A stretch of 64,000 bases of DNA from Sulfuricurvum sp. (GCA_036821965.1 DAISIO010000001.1:195489-259488), one strand, 5' to 3'. Counted from the stretch's first letter, positions 1 through 10,056 are shown. Numbers and translations are program-made. Notes: generated by a model not told the origin, from the sequence alone.

Positions 1-356
1 CGTTTGCTACTGTGATTAAATCTCTGGTATCAAATATTATTATGCCGCCGGTTGGTTTACTGATGGGCGGGGTTGACTTTTCATCCTTGTTTATTGCATT
101 GGACGGTAAAGAATACGGGTCATTGGCAGCGCTCGATGCAGCAGGAGCTCCGGCAATTAAGCTTGGAGTTTTTGTAAATGATATTATCTCATTCACTATT
201 TTAGGGTTTGTGATGTTTATGATGGTAAAAGCCTATAATCGTCTCAAAGCCTCTGAACCGGAACCAGCAGCTCCTACAACTAAAGTATGCGGTGAGTGTG
301 CAATGGAGATCCCTTTAGCCGCTAAAACGTGCCCACACTGCCGAACAGCGCAGTAA
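1..356 (+). CDS. mscL: Large-conductance mechanosensitive channel MscL, 5' end cut by the window edge, with a C-terminal CxxC...CxxC tail
   Basis: Frame is open from nt 3. 'IIMPPVGLLMGGVDFS' loop and TM2 'FVNDIISFTILGFVMFMMVKAYN' are MscL-like. Ends 'VCGECAMEIPLAAKTCPHCRTAQ'. Confidence 0.85.
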   Translation, partial: FATVIKSLVSNIIMPPVGLLMGGVDFSSLFIALDGKEYGSLAALDAAGAPAIKLGVFVNDIISFTILGFVMFMMVKAYNRLKASEPEPAAPTTKVCGECAMEIPLAAKTCPHCRTAQ

Positions 357-359
357 GTT

Positions 360-1571
360 TTATTCATGTCGTAAAGCGTCGATCGGATTGAGGCGGGCCG
401 CTTTACGCGCGGGAAAATAGCCAAAGAGAACCCCTACAATCGTTGAGAACAAAAAAGCGATGAGAACAATTGAGGTGTTAAAAACAAACGGAAGATCAAA
501 AAAAAGATTGATACCGACCCCAACCCCGATGCCCAATGCCATACCGATCACCCCTCCCAGCGAAGAGAGAACTACCGCCTCAACCAAAAACTGTAGTAAT
601 ACTTCTCTCTCTAATGCGCCGATAGCGAGCCGAATGCCGATTTCTCTCGTTCTCTCGGTAACAGAGACAAGCATAATATTCATAATACCAATTCCTCCGA
701 CAAGGAGACTGATTGCCGCTACTGCACCGAGTAAGATGGTGAGCATTTCGGTTGTAGATGAGAGAGTTTGGACCACTTCACGCAAATCCCGTACATTGAA
801 ATCGTCTTCATCTCCCATATGGATATGTCGCCGTTCGCGCATCAGCGATATAATGTTCGTTTTGATATTTTCAATACCGGAAGAGTTTTTGGCGGAGAGC
901 ATAATGACTGCAATCTCCTGATTTCCGCTAATGCGGCGTTGAAACATACGGATGGGGACGACGATGAGATCATCTTGATCCATCCCGAACATAGAGGCCC
1001 CTTTGGGATGGAGCAATCCGATCACTTGGCACGAAAAATTTCCCAATCGGATAGAGGCATCAATCGGATTTTGATCGTTAAAAAGTTCTTTGCGGATTGT
1101 TGCCCCAATGACACAGACAGCTTTTCCCCCCTGAAGCTCGGAAGAGGAGAACATTCGTCCCGAGTCGAATACCCAATCTTTGACGGTAAAATAATCGTTA
1201 TCGCTTCCATCGATCGAGGTGGAATAGTTTTGGTTTCCATAGACTGCCTGCACCCCTTTGGATGCGACGGGGGCAACCCCTTTTAACCCACCGATTTCAC
1301 GGCGAATGGCGATAATATCATTATGGGTAAAACGTTTGGCCGTAGCATCTCCGCCGCCCGGCCCGTGGCGCTCTTGTCCCGGACGGACGATCAGCATATT
1401 ACTGCCGAGTTTGGAGATGCTGTTTGTCACATACGCGGTGGTGGCATCCCCCAGCATGACCATAGCGATGACCGAAGCAACCCCGATGACGATCCCCAAT
1501 GTTGTGAGGATGGAGCGCATGGCACTTCGGCGGATTTCGCGTAAAGCTAGGATAAAAGCATTCCAGATCAT
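360..1571 (-). CDS. ABC transporter permease, MacB/FtsX family (stand-alone permease subunit)
   Basis: 403 aa with an N-terminal TM helix, a large periplasmic domain and a C-terminal FtsX-type TM bundle. Overlaps the upstream ATPase gene by 4 nt. Confidence 0.85.
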   Translation of the reverse strand: MIWNAFILALREIRRSAMRSILTTLGIVIGVASVIAMVMLGDATTAYVTNSISKLGSNMLIVRPGQERHGPGGGDATAKRFTHNDIIAIRREIGGLKGVAPVASKGVQAVYGNQNYSTSIDGSDNDYFTVKDWVFDSGRMFSSSELQGGKAVCVIGATIRKELFNDQNPIDASIRLGNFSCQVIGLLHPKGASMFGMDQDDLIVVPIRMFQRRISGNQEIAVIMLSAKNSSGIENIKTNIISLMRERRHIHMGDEDDFNVRDLREVVQTLSSTTEMLTILLGAVAAISLLVGGIGIMNIMLVSVTERTREIGIRLAIGALEREVLLQFLVEAVVLSSLGGVIGMALGIGVGVGINLFFDLPFVFNTSIVLIAFLFSTIVGVLFGYFPARKAARLNPIDALRHE

Positions 1572-2275
1572 GAGTGATCCTTATGCTCAGTGGTCTCTAT
1601 TACGCCGTCGCGAAAGCGAATGATACGTGAAGCAAACGCGGCCATATCATTTTCATGGGTCACCATGATGACCGTGATCCCTTTATCACGGTTAAAAGAG
1701 CGGAGCAGTTCCATCACTTCGATACTTTTGGCGGTATCGAGATTTCCGGTCGGTTCATCGGCCAAAATAATCAAAGGGTTAGTCACGATGGCGCGGGCAA
1801 TGGCGACTCGCTGCTGCTGCCCTCCCGAGAGTTCGCCGGGTGTATGATGGGCAACGTTTTCGAGTCCGACGCTACGGAGTGCTTCCATGCCCATGGTTCG
1901 ACGCTCGTAAGCAGGAATTCCTCGATACAGTAGAGGCAGTTCAACATTTTCAATGGCAGACGTTTTGCCCAGCAGATTGAACCCTTGAAAGATAAACCCG
2001 ATGTAGTTGCGCCGTAGCAGCGCCCTCTGATCTCGACTGAGCTCTCCTATGTCGATCCCTTCGAAAAGATAGTTCCCCTCACTGGGGATATCGAGGCATC
2101 CGATGATGTTCATAGCCGTCGATTTCCCCGATCCGCTTGGTCCCATAATGGCGACAAACTCACCTTGGTTTATCGTCAAATCCACTCCGCGCAGTGCGTA
2201 AGCAGTGGCGTCTCCTGTTCCGTAATATTTTTTAGTCCCTTTAAGCTCGATGACCGGGGTATGAGAATTTCTCAT
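1568..2275 (-). CDS. ABC transporter ATP-binding protein (MacB/LolD-type)
   Basis: Walker A 'GPSGSGKST', signature 'LSGGQQQRV', Walker B 'ILADEPTGNLD'. Confidence 0.9.
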   Translation of the reverse strand: MRNSHTPVIELKGTKKYYGTGDATAYALRGVDLTINQGEFVAIMGPSGSGKSTAMNIIGCLDIPSEGNYLFEGIDIGELSRDQRALLRRNYIGFIFQGFNLLGKTSAIENVELPLLYRGIPAYERRTMGMEALRSVGLENVAHHTPGELSGGQQQRVAIARAIVTNPLIILADEPTGNLDTAKSIEVMELLRSFNRDKGITVIMVTHENDMAAFASRIIRFRDGVIETTEHKDHS

Positions 2276-2277
2276 GA

Positions 2278-3483
2278 TTACTCTTCGATCCCCGTAATGA
2301 GAAGATCACCGATTTTCAACGGCGAATCCAGTAACACCGTAGAAGTACCGTCGCTTTCTCCAATACGCACTTTGACATTGGTTGGAATTTTATTTTTTAA
2401 TACCCAAACGTGATCTCCTGTATCGTTGTTATCCTTGGCCCGTTTCTTTTTCTCATCGCCGGATGGGGGAGGGGTGAATCGTAATGCGGCATTCGGGACG
2501 ACGGTAACGCGTTTCAAGGTGTCGGTAATAATCGAGGCATTGGCAGTCATCCCCGGACGTAATAGAAGATTGTTGTTTTTAACTTCCACGACGGCTTCAT
2601 ACGATACTACACCGTTCACGACGGCGGAGTTCAGACGCAGCTGGGTGATTTTCCCTTCGAATTCACGATTAGGATACGCATCGACGCTAAATTTCACTTT
2701 TTGGCCCTCTTTGACCCCGCCGATATCGGCTTCATCGACGCTAACAATCGCTTTCATTTTCGTCAGGTCCTCTGCCAGCGTGAATAAAACGGGAGTTTGC
2801 ATAGCGGCGACGACGGTTTGACCCGGTTCTACTTGACGGCTTAGGACGACACCCTCTATCGGAGAGACAACGATCGCTTTTTTGAGATTATCTTCATCGG
2901 TTTTGAGCTGTGCCAAAGATTGAGCTACCTGTGCTTTGGCAGCGGCGAGTCCCGCCTTCGCTTGTTCTAGCGCGGTTGAGGTCGATTGTATCTCTTTGCG
3001 TGAGGGGTAATTCCCCTGTGTCGATGCGTACATACTCAGGGTACGTTGATGTTCGATACGAGCGTTATCCATTGCCGCTTTGGCGCTTTGTTCCTCGGCT
3101 TGAAATTTCATCCAATTGGCATTGGAGCTGGTGACAACGGCGCTAAGTTTGGTGGTATCCAGCCGTGCCATCGGTTGGTTGATACTGACATGATCGTTAT
3201 AATCGACCAAAACCTCGCTGATTGTCCCCGATACTTCGATCCCGACATCGACGGTATTTGTTGGCTCCAAATTACCGGTTGCCGAAACCGTTGTGGTGAG
3301 GTCTTGTATTTTGAGAGGGACGGTGATAAAGGTGATATCCTCTTTGGCGTTTTGTTTCATCCAATACGTTACAACACCACCGATTACAAGAATTGCGAAA
3401 ATCACGATAAATATTTTTTTCCACCGTTTCGGAGAGGGATTTTCCCCAATAGCAAGCGTTTCTTCAATGGTTGTAGGGTTCAT
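2278..3483 (-). CDS. Efflux periplasmic adaptor (HlyD/MacA family)
   Basis: 401 aa with an N-terminal TM anchor, a coiled-coil-rich centre ('AKAGLAAAKAQVAQSLAQL') and a beta-barrel C-terminus. Sits between the TolC-like and ABC genes. Confidence 0.85.
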   Translation of the reverse strand: MNPTTIEETLAIGENPSPKRWKKIFIVIFAILVIGGVVTYWMKQNAKEDITFITVPLKIQDLTTTVSATGNLEPTNTVDVGIEVSGTISEVLVDYNDHVSINQPMARLDTTKLSAVVTSSNANWMKFQAEEQSAKAAMDNARIEHQRTLSMYASTQGNYPSRKEIQSTSTALEQAKAGLAAAKAQVAQSLAQLKTDEDNLKKAIVVSPIEGVVLSRQVEPGQTVVAAMQTPVLFTLAEDLTKMKAIVSVDEADIGGVKEGQKVKFSVDAYPNREFEGKITQLRLNSAVVNGVVSYEAVVEVKNNNLLLRPGMTANASIITDTLKRVTVVPNAALRFTPPPSGDEKKKRAKDNNDTGDHVWVLKNKIPTNVKVRIGESDGTSTVLLDSPLKIGDLLITGIEE

Positions 3484-4682
3484 AGCGGTTTCTCCTGGGC
3501 ATGGCGAATCATAAAGTGCAGCGTTGAGAGTTCGATTTGGATATTGATTTCATTGATTTTGATTTCGAGCTCTTCGATGGAGCGGGTGTTTTGAAGGGTT
3601 TGCAAATCATAGCCCGCTTTATATCCGGCATCAACTGCTGCTTTGGTCGCATTGATCAATTCATTGTAAAATTTGAGATTTTCCTTTGTAATAGAAATAA
3701 CACGCTGATAACTCTCGATATGTGCTATTGATTGGTCGTATTGTGCACTCATCTGCCGTTTGATATCGGCGGTTTGTGCTTGCTGTTTTAGATAGGTGCT
3801 TTGCACTTCTTGGACAGTTGCGGTTGCGTTATAGGTCAACGGTATCGAAAGCTGTAATCCCATATCATAGAAATTGCCGCGATAATCGGCAAATTCCCGC
3901 GAATCGTAGCGTTGGATTCCGGCATCGGCAATGAGGGTAAGCTTGGGGAGATAGGAGCTTTTGGTCTGTCCGTATTGTTGTGCGGTAGTCTGACTTAACG
4001 AGTCGGCATAGCGGATATTCCATCCTTCTACTAAAAATTCATCTTTTTGTATCAAGGCAAAAGTGGGGAGGTTAATGGTATCGATAAAATAGTCACTGAA
4101 TTTTGCCGCTTCGAGGCGCTGTTGGGAAAGGGCAAACCGGATGGCCGTATTGTTTTTTAGCTCGCTGCTTTGATTCATTAACGCGTTATTGAGGAGGGTG
4201 ATGTCGATATCTCCCGCTTCGTATTGTTTGCGTTTGAGGAAAATTTCGATTTTTGCATTTTTGAGTTTGATTTCACTTTGTTCCAAAATCAGTGTATTTT
4301 TTCGATAACTTAAAACGGCAGAAATAAGCTCCTGATGAATCCCCGCAATCTCCTTTTGCATCCCGATGGTATCGGCTTGTTTTTTGGCGTCTGCATAGCC
4401 GATTGCGTAGGTGATACCGCCGGAGCGAAAAATATCTTGTGCAACACCGGCAGAGATACTTTGGCGGGTGTCATGGGTTCCCGCTGAAGATTTTTCATAG
4501 AGATTGGACGCTTTGAGGTTAATAGGAGAGATCCAGTCATAACGGAGTTTTTCATATCCCGCATCAATCTGGCGTTGCTGCTGCTCATAGTAGCTCTGTT
4601 TTTCAGGGGATAGGAGCGATATATCTACACCATAGATTGACGTAGCCAATAAAACAGATAGTAAAAAATAATGTATTTTCAT
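3480..4682 (-). CDS. TolC-family outer membrane efflux protein
   Basis: About 400 aa with signal peptide 'MKIHYFLLSVLLATSIYG' from the ATG at 4682 (the ORF track starts at an upstream TTG, 4709). Repeated coiled-coil halves. ATGA overlap with the adaptor gene. Confidence 0.75.
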   Translation of the reverse strand: MKIHYFLLSVLLATSIYGVDISLLSPEKQSYYEQQQRQIDAGYEKLRYDWISPINLKASNLYEKSSAGTHDTRQSISAGVAQDIFRSGGITYAIGYADAKKQADTIGMQKEIAGIHQELISAVLSYRKNTLILEQSEIKLKNAKIEIFLKRKQYEAGDIDITLLNNALMNQSSELKNNTAIRFALSQQRLEAAKFSDYFIDTINLPTFALIQKDEFLVEGWNIRYADSLSQTTAQQYGQTKSSYLPKLTLIADAGIQRYDSREFADYRGNFYDMGLQLSIPLTYNATATVQEVQSTYLKQQAQTADIKRQMSAQYDQSIAHIESYQRVISITKENLKFYNELINATKAAVDAGYKAGYDLQTLQNTRSIEELEIKINEINIQIELSTLHFMIRHAQEKPL

Positions 4683-4825
4683 ACCTGAATTGTAGTGTAG
4701 TTTTGGCAATTTTGGTGTTAATTAAATGTAGATTATTTATACTTAACAAATAAACTACTAAAGGAAAAAAAATATCCTTTAAGGCAAAATTCTTTATTAT
4801 TGATAATATTGTTAAAAGGAATCCT

Positions 4826-5710
4826 ATGAAAATATTAGTGACATTAATTGCAGCCACAGTCTCGCTCTTAGCTATCGAGCCGCTGGTAAGTTCTGCGTGG
4901 TTGTATGAGCACCAAAACGACCCGAAGCTTCGAATCATCGAAGTTTCTGATGGGGATGCATATAGTTTTGAACATATTCCTAATGGGGGACATACCGCGA
5001 TCGGTAAATGGCGTTTTGATAACGGTACGTTCCTCTCTGTCCGTCCCGTAGCAGAGATCGAAAAAGAGATTAGCCGTTTAGGGATCGATGAAAAAAGTGA
5101 CGTAGTCCTTTATGCTCCCATCAATGAGCCCAAAGATCTTTTGAAAGCCAGCTACATCTACTGGGCTCTTAATTACCACGGTATTAAAAACGTTGCATTG
5201 CTTGACGGCGGACTGGAAGGGTGGAAAAACGACAAACAATCGGTAACCAAAGCAGAGCCCAAAATTGCTCCGACCACATTTAAAGCCAAGATCGATACAT
5301 CCAAAATTGCCGACATCACGTATGTCAAAAACCATCTCGGAAAACTCCCGATAATTGATGCCCGTCCAAGTGATATGTATCTTGGGGTCACACCGACCCC
5401 GACGGTGAAACGCAACGGTCATATCAAAGGGGGGATGAGCTACTCATGGAACTATTCGGTGGATAAAGAGTATAAGCTAAAATCAAAAACAATGTTAGAG
5501 AGTGTGTTCAAAGAGGGGTATAACCTCGATAAAAATAAAGAAGTTCTTGTTTATTGCACGGGAGGACTAGAGACCTCATTCAACTATTTCGTCCTTAGTG
5601 GCGTACTCGGATACAAAAAGGTCCGATTGTACGATGCGTCGATGAAAGAGTGGGGGAATCGTGAAGAGACCCCGATGACACAGTATCGCTACGAGATGTT
5701 CAAAAAGTAA
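4826..5710 (+). CDS. Secreted tandem-rhodanese sulfurtransferase (thiosulfate/3-mercaptopyruvate type)
   Basis: Signal peptide, two rhodanese-like halves and active-site loop 'YCTGGLETS'. Confidence 0.75.
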   Translation: MKILVTLIAATVSLLAIEPLVSSAWLYEHQNDPKLRIIEVSDGDAYSFEHIPNGGHTAIGKWRFDNGTFLSVRPVAEIEKEISRLGIDEKSDVVLYAPINEPKDLLKASYIYWALNYHGIKNVALLDGGLEGWKNDKQSVTKAEPKIAPTTFKAKIDTSKIADITYVKNHLGKLPIIDARPSDMYLGVTPTPTVKRNGHIKGGMSYSWNYSVDKEYKLKSKTMLESVFKEGYNLDKNKEVLVYCTGGLETSFNYFVLSGVLGYKKVRLYDASMKEWGNREETPMTQYRYEMFKK

Positions 5711-5827
5711 TCTCACGTTTCGTCGTTCCCGCGAAGGGGGGCAACGTTTCATTTCCCTTCTACACCTCTTTTGATGTCTCCCTATAAGCAGTGATGTGGC
5801 ATAGTTTCCCCACCAGAAGGAGTATTA

Positions 5828-6355
5828 ATGGCGACAGGTTCGACGATATGCAAAGTACAGCTCGGTATTGCCGATATGGATCGAAACTATTATGAAACAC
5901 ATGAGATTACGATAGCTCAACACCCCTCGGAAACCAATCAGCGGCTGATGACCCGTCTGATAGCATTTGCCCTTAACGCTTCTGAATCGTTAGTAATTAC
6001 AAAGGGGATAGGGGGAGATGATGAACCTGAGCTGTGGGAAAAAAATTACAGCGGCGAGATCGTGTTGTGGATTGATCTAGGACAGGTAGATGAGAAACGG
6101 TTGCGAAAAGCGTGTGGTAGAGCGGAGAGAGTAATTGTTTATACCTATAACATGAAAAGCGCGTCAGCTTGGTGGCGGCAATATGGTGCGACATTCGGAC
6201 GATTCAAAAATCTGAGCGTTATCCATTTGAATGCCGAAGGGATTGAAAAATTGTATGGGCGATCAATGCGACTGCAATGCAATCTCAGCGATGGGGAGCT
6301 AAGTTTTCACAGCGAGCGGGGAGATGTGACGATAACACAAGAAATTTGGCAATAA
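5828..6355 (+). CDS. yaeQ: YaeQ family protein
   Basis: N-terminus 'ATGSTICKVQLGIADMDRNYYETHEITIAQHPSETNQRLMTRLIAFALNA' is typical of YaeQ. Confidence 0.8.
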   Translation: MATGSTICKVQLGIADMDRNYYETHEITIAQHPSETNQRLMTRLIAFALNASESLVITKGIGGDDEPELWEKNYSGEIVLWIDLGQVDEKRLRKACGRAERVIVYTYNMKSASAWWRQYGATFGRFKNLSVIHLNAEGIEKLYGRSMRLQCNLSDGELSFHSERGDVTITQEIWQ

Positions 6356-6370
6356 AAATTTAGCGTATTT

Positions 6371-6406
6371 ATAACACCCATTAGTGTTATGAATATTCTA
6401 ATGGGT
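6371..6406 (+). promoter_or_regulatory. Two overlapping, mutually exclusive hairpins between yaeQ and the TonB-dependent receptor gene
   Basis: Hairpin 1 is ataacac (6371-6377) with gtgttat (6384-6390). Hairpin 2 is acccattag (6376-6384) with ctaatgggt (6398-6406). Confidence 0.35.
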
Positions 6407-6442
6407 AAAATAGGGTTATTCAATTGCTGATTAAGGATTTTT

Positions 6443-8497
6443 GTGTTGTATCGCCCCCTCATTTTCCTCTCTTGTACCCTATCTCTTGTCTGTGCAGAAG
6501 AGACTCTTCAGCTCGATAAAATCGAAGTTCAAGAGAACCTTAATATACTTGAAGAGCGTAAAGAAAATTCGATTGCTAAACGTATCATAAAGGGGGAAGA
6601 GCTCACCCAGTATGGTGATCTTAACGCTTTAGAAGTACTCAAACGGACTCCCGGAGTAACCATACCACAAGGGAAAGGAAAAAAAGGTGCCCCCGGCAAA
6701 GGGTACACCAAAGTTCTGATAGACGGAGAGGAAGTTTCGAGTTCCAAACGGGGCAACCCACTGGAGCAAATCTCGCCGGATATGATCGAGCGGATCGAAG
6801 TGATGACCAACGGTTCAGCCGAGTATACCGCCGAAGCGATGGGGGGGATCGTCAATATTGTCCTCAAAAAACCAAAATCACAGGGGCAAACCATTGCCAA
6901 ATTCACCGCAGGCGCTTACAGCGATCAACCGATGGGCTCACTGTTTATCCAAAACGAAGGGAAAGCAGGGGAGTTTTCGTATCTGATTAACGCAACCGTT
7001 GCCGATAATTCCCAAGCCGATGATGCTTCCATCCATACAGATACTGCAAGCGGATACCGTGATGAACTAACCGAGAGCGAAGCCCGTTACCGATCGCTAG
7101 GGCTCAATACCAAAGTGATCTATGCCCCTTCCTCCAAAAGCAAATATACCTTTGACGGGTCGCTCAATCTCAACGATTATAAAAAAGAGTCAACAAAGAA
7201 CCGATATCTCGACGGCGCAACGACTCCTGAAATTATTCGTAGTGACGATCAGAGTGAGGGGATGATGGTGTGGAGCAAACTGTCGGGAGTCCATAATATT
7301 TCAAGTACAGAGTTACTGGAGTGGAAACTCAAATTTCATCAAAACACCCAAGAGGGTGAGACCCTATCATCGCTAACAACGGGTGATAAGTTGCAATATG
7401 ACGACAGTATCTTCCGTGTATTTGGAGCAGAGGGGAGTTATTCGGTTGCGGCAGATAACCATTTTATCAAAACAGGGGTGGAGCTCAAACGGCTCGATCA
7501 GAAAGAGGATCTCCGTGTGCTGGAAGATGGTAGTGAAATTTCCAATGATCGTACGAGTTTGCGTGAAAACAAAGGGGCAATTTATCTCCAAGATGAAATC
7601 ACTCTAGGGGAGAAGGCGGTTATTACCGCGGGATTGCGATATGAAAATGTGTCACGCGATTTTGGCCAGAGCTCCCATATCGACTATCTCGCTCCCTCCC
7701 TACATTTCCTATATAAATTAACCCCAGAGGATAATCTCCGCGCCAGTATCGCCAAAACGGTCAAGCTTCCCCGTTTGAATGAACTCTCTTCCAGTGTTGA
7801 TAGCTCCCTCGATCAAAACGATATCAATCATCCTGACGTAACGGGCAATCCTGACCTCAAAGAAGAGAGTGCGATAAGCTATGAACTGCGCTTAGAACAC
7901 TATTTCGAGGATAAAGGGATCGTGAGTATCGGCGGATTTTACCGCGCTATTGATGACAAAATTGAAAAGCTCACAACGTATGAACCCACGATATTGCGTT
8001 ACGTCGAACGCCCTTACAATGCCGGAGAAGGAAAACTCTGGGGACTCGAACTCGAACTCAAAAAATCGCTCTCTTCGTATGTCGAAGGGGTGGGAATGTT
8101 TGCTAACGCAACGTTTCAAAACTCCTCCCTCACGACGGACGGATTCATACGGCCGATCAAACAAACTGCCGATTACCTTTATAATATCGGGGTGGATCAT
8201 ACCCTCAAAGCGTACCGTCTGACCTACGGTGTCGCGTATCGTTATGTCGGCGGATACGATGATCCCATTGATGAAAACGGGGTAAGTGAATCGCAAAAAG
8301 GGTACGGAACACTTGATCTGTATGCGACCAAGCGACTCGATTCAACCTTCAAACTGGGGCTGAATCTCAAAAATCTTACCGCTACGACAATCACAACGAC
8401 GTCTCAACGCACCGTTAGCGGGATGTTGGATGAAACCCAAATCGATCGAGAACACTCTCAACAGCAAATTCTCCTATCACTGGAGGGGCGATGGTAG
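6443..8497 (+). CDS. TonB-dependent outer membrane receptor
   Basis: GTG start, signal peptide, plug domain ('IERIEVMTNGSAEYTAEAMGGIVNIVLK'), long beta-barrel and a terminal aromatic residue ('LEGRW'). Confidence 0.85.
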   Translation: MLYRPLIFLSCTLSLVCAEETLQLDKIEVQENLNILEERKENSIAKRIIKGEELTQYGDLNALEVLKRTPGVTIPQGKGKKGAPGKGYTKVLIDGEEVSSSKRGNPLEQISPDMIERIEVMTNGSAEYTAEAMGGIVNIVLKKPKSQGQTIAKFTAGAYSDQPMGSLFIQNEGKAGEFSYLINATVADNSQADDASIHTDTASGYRDELTESEARYRSLGLNTKVIYAPSSKSKYTFDGSLNLNDYKKESTKNRYLDGATTPEIIRSDDQSEGMMVWSKLSGVHNISSTELLEWKLKFHQNTQEGETLSSLTTGDKLQYDDSIFRVFGAEGSYSVAADNHFIKTGVELKRLDQKEDLRVLEDGSEISNDRTSLRENKGAIYLQDEITLGEKAVITAGLRYENVSRDFGQSSHIDYLAPSLHFLYKLTPEDNLRASIAKTVKLPRLNELSSSVDSSLDQNDINHPDVTGNPDLKEESAISYELRLEHYFEDKGIVSIGGFYRAIDDKIEKLTTYEPTILRYVERPYNAGEGKLWGLELELKKSLSSYVEGVGMFANATFQNSSLTTDGFIRPIKQTADYLYNIGVDHTLKAYRLTYGVAYRYVGGYDDPIDENGVSESQKGYGTLDLYATKRLDSTFKLGLNLKNLTATTITTTSQRTVSGMLDETQIDREHSQQQILLSLEGRW

Positions 8498-8614
8498 TTG
8501 ACGATAAAACAAACTAATAGTTAAGCTTAAAGCGTCAATTTAGAGTGGAATTATTAATCATTTATAGAGTAAAATGGTTAATAATTTTGTATATATAAAT
8601 CTGAGGAGATTATT

Positions 8615-8812
8615 ATGAAAGACAATGAGCCAACATTGAGTAATATTGAAGATTATGATACGTTGAAAGGGTCAAAGAGAAAAGTCGTTTGGACGGTTAT
8701 CCTTATCGGGTTGCTGATCGGAGCAATTTTGGTCGGTGCAAAGATTTATTACGGTGAAGCCGATGATTCGATTCCTGTGCAAGAGAGTATAGGCAAAGTG
8801 ACAGTGCAATAA
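8615..8812 (+). CDS. Small single-pass membrane protein, function unknown
   Basis: 65 aa with RBS 'gaggag' upstream and TM 'VVWTVILIGLLIGAILVGA'. Its stop overlaps the next gene's start. Confidence 0.4.
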   Translation: MKDNEPTLSNIEDYDTLKGSKRKVVWTVILIGLLIGAILVGAKIYYGEADDSIPVQESIGKVTVQ

Positions 8813-10056
8813 TGGTGACAACACTTATAGGGTTATATACCCTCTATATTCTTGTTCGGTTGTATGTGAGCGTGATGCAAATCGGCTATATCAATCAGAT
8901 CAAGTGCAAGGGGGCGGTGCTGATGGGCGAGGTTGAGTATCGTGATGCCGCCAATTATGCCGTTGCCAAAGAGAAGCTCTCTATGATCGAAGCGTTTGTA
9001 GAGTATGGTCTCTTTTTGGTCTGGATGATGGGGATGATCTATTGGATTGACTCTCTCGTAATGACGCAAAATGTAGCGGTTCAGTCGATTATTGCGGTAC
9101 TGGGGATGTTATTGATTAATGGATTGGTGATGCTCCCTTTTGGATGGATTGCGAAATTTAAAATCGATGCCGAGTATGGTTTTAACCGTTCATCGACAGG
9201 GCAGTTTGTAAAAGATACTCTTATTAGCACAGCACTCACGATTGTTATCGGTGGGGGTATTGTCTGGATTCTTTCGATGATTATCGCCTCCAGCGAATTA
9301 TGGTGGGTGTGGAGTTTTGCTTTTATCTTTGCCGTTGTTGTTGCCTTAAATATGTTTTTCCCGACATTGCGCGCCCTCTTTTTTGACAAAGTAACGCCGC
9401 TAGAAAACAGTGAGCTTAGGACAAAAATAGAAGAGCTGATGGCAAAAACAGGATTTGTCAGCAGTGGTGTGTTTGTGAGCGATGCCAGTAAGCGGGATGC
9501 CAGACTTAATGCCTATTTCGGCGGTTTGGGCAAATCGAAGCGGGTCGTGTTGTTTGATACGTTGATCGAAAAGCTTTCCTCCTCAGAATTGATTGCTGTT
9601 TTAGGACATGAACTGGGGCATTTCGCACACGGCGATTTGTATAAAAATATTGCAATGGTGGGGGCGATGCTGTTTGGAATGTTTGCAGTGTTCGGGAATC
9701 TCCCGGATAGCCTCTATTTGGAACTTGGTGTTGCAAAGTCTCCCCATATTATTCTGCTGGTGTTTATCCTTATTCTTCCGATGGTAGGCTTCGCAATTAT
9801 GCCACTCATGGGGATGATGAGCCGTCATAACGAGTACGAAGCAGACCGCACGGGTGCCGAACTAGGAGGGGCAGAACATTTGGTAAACGCCCTCAAAAAA
9901 CTGGTGAGTGAAAACAAAAGCTTTCCGTTATCACATCCGGTATACCGCTTTTTTCACACGACCCATCCTCCTGTGATCGATCGACTGCGAGCTCTCGGCG
10001 CGGATATTCATATCACTCCTGACGAGGGATTTAGCGATCCATGTCCAGTACACTAA
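8812..10056 (+). CDS. M48-family zinc metalloprotease (Ste24/HtpX-like)
   Basis: Multi-TM N-terminal half, 'HELGHFAHGD' zinc motif and a downstream 'NEYEADR'. Confidence 0.85.
   Translation: MVTTLIGLYTLYILVRLYVSVMQIGYINQIKCKGAVLMGEVEYRDAANYAVAKEKLSMIEAFVEYGLFLVWMMGMIYWIDSLVMTQNVAVQSIIAVLGMLLINGLVMLPFGWIAKFKIDAEYGFNRSSTGQFVKDTLISTALTIVIGGGIVWILSMIIASSELWWVWSFAFIFAVVVALNMFFPTLRALFFDKVTPLENSELRTKIEELMAKTGFVSSGVFVSDASKRDARLNAYFGGLGKSKRVVLFDTLIEKLSSSELIAVLGHELGHFAHGDLYKNIAMVGAMLFGMFAVFGNLPDSLYLELGVAKSPHIILLVFILILPMVGFAIMPLMGMMSRHNEYEADRTGAELGGAEHLVNALKKLVSENKSFPLSHPVYRFFHTTHPPVIDRLRALGADIHITPDEGFSDPCPVH

Noticed and set aside
360-4682. A MacB-type pump split into separate ATPase and permease genes.
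   Set aside because: Split LolD/FtsX-like arrangements alongside an adaptor and a TolC are common, so this is an ordinary efflux operon.
5715-5747. An imperfect hairpin after the rhodanese gene ('acgtttcgtcgttcccgcgaaggggggcaacgt') that loosely resembles the head of the rfbB palindromic element.
   Set aside because: The stem is interrupted and the similarity is limited to 'cgtc.ttcc'. It may be a terminator, but I cannot support either interpretation by eye.
5828-6355. YaeQ (nuclease-like fold) and FxsA (23521-23955, named for F-exclusion of phage T7) as possible defence genes.
   Set aside because: Both are widespread single housekeeping-context genes without partner genes here. Nothing in the sequence suggests a defence island.
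6385-6403. A possible Fur box ('tgttatgaatattctaatg') upstream of the TonB-dependent receptor.
   Set aside because: It matches the 19-bp enterobacterial Fur consensus at only a few positions, and AT-rich palindromes are common in such spacers. It is kept only as part of the hairpin observation.
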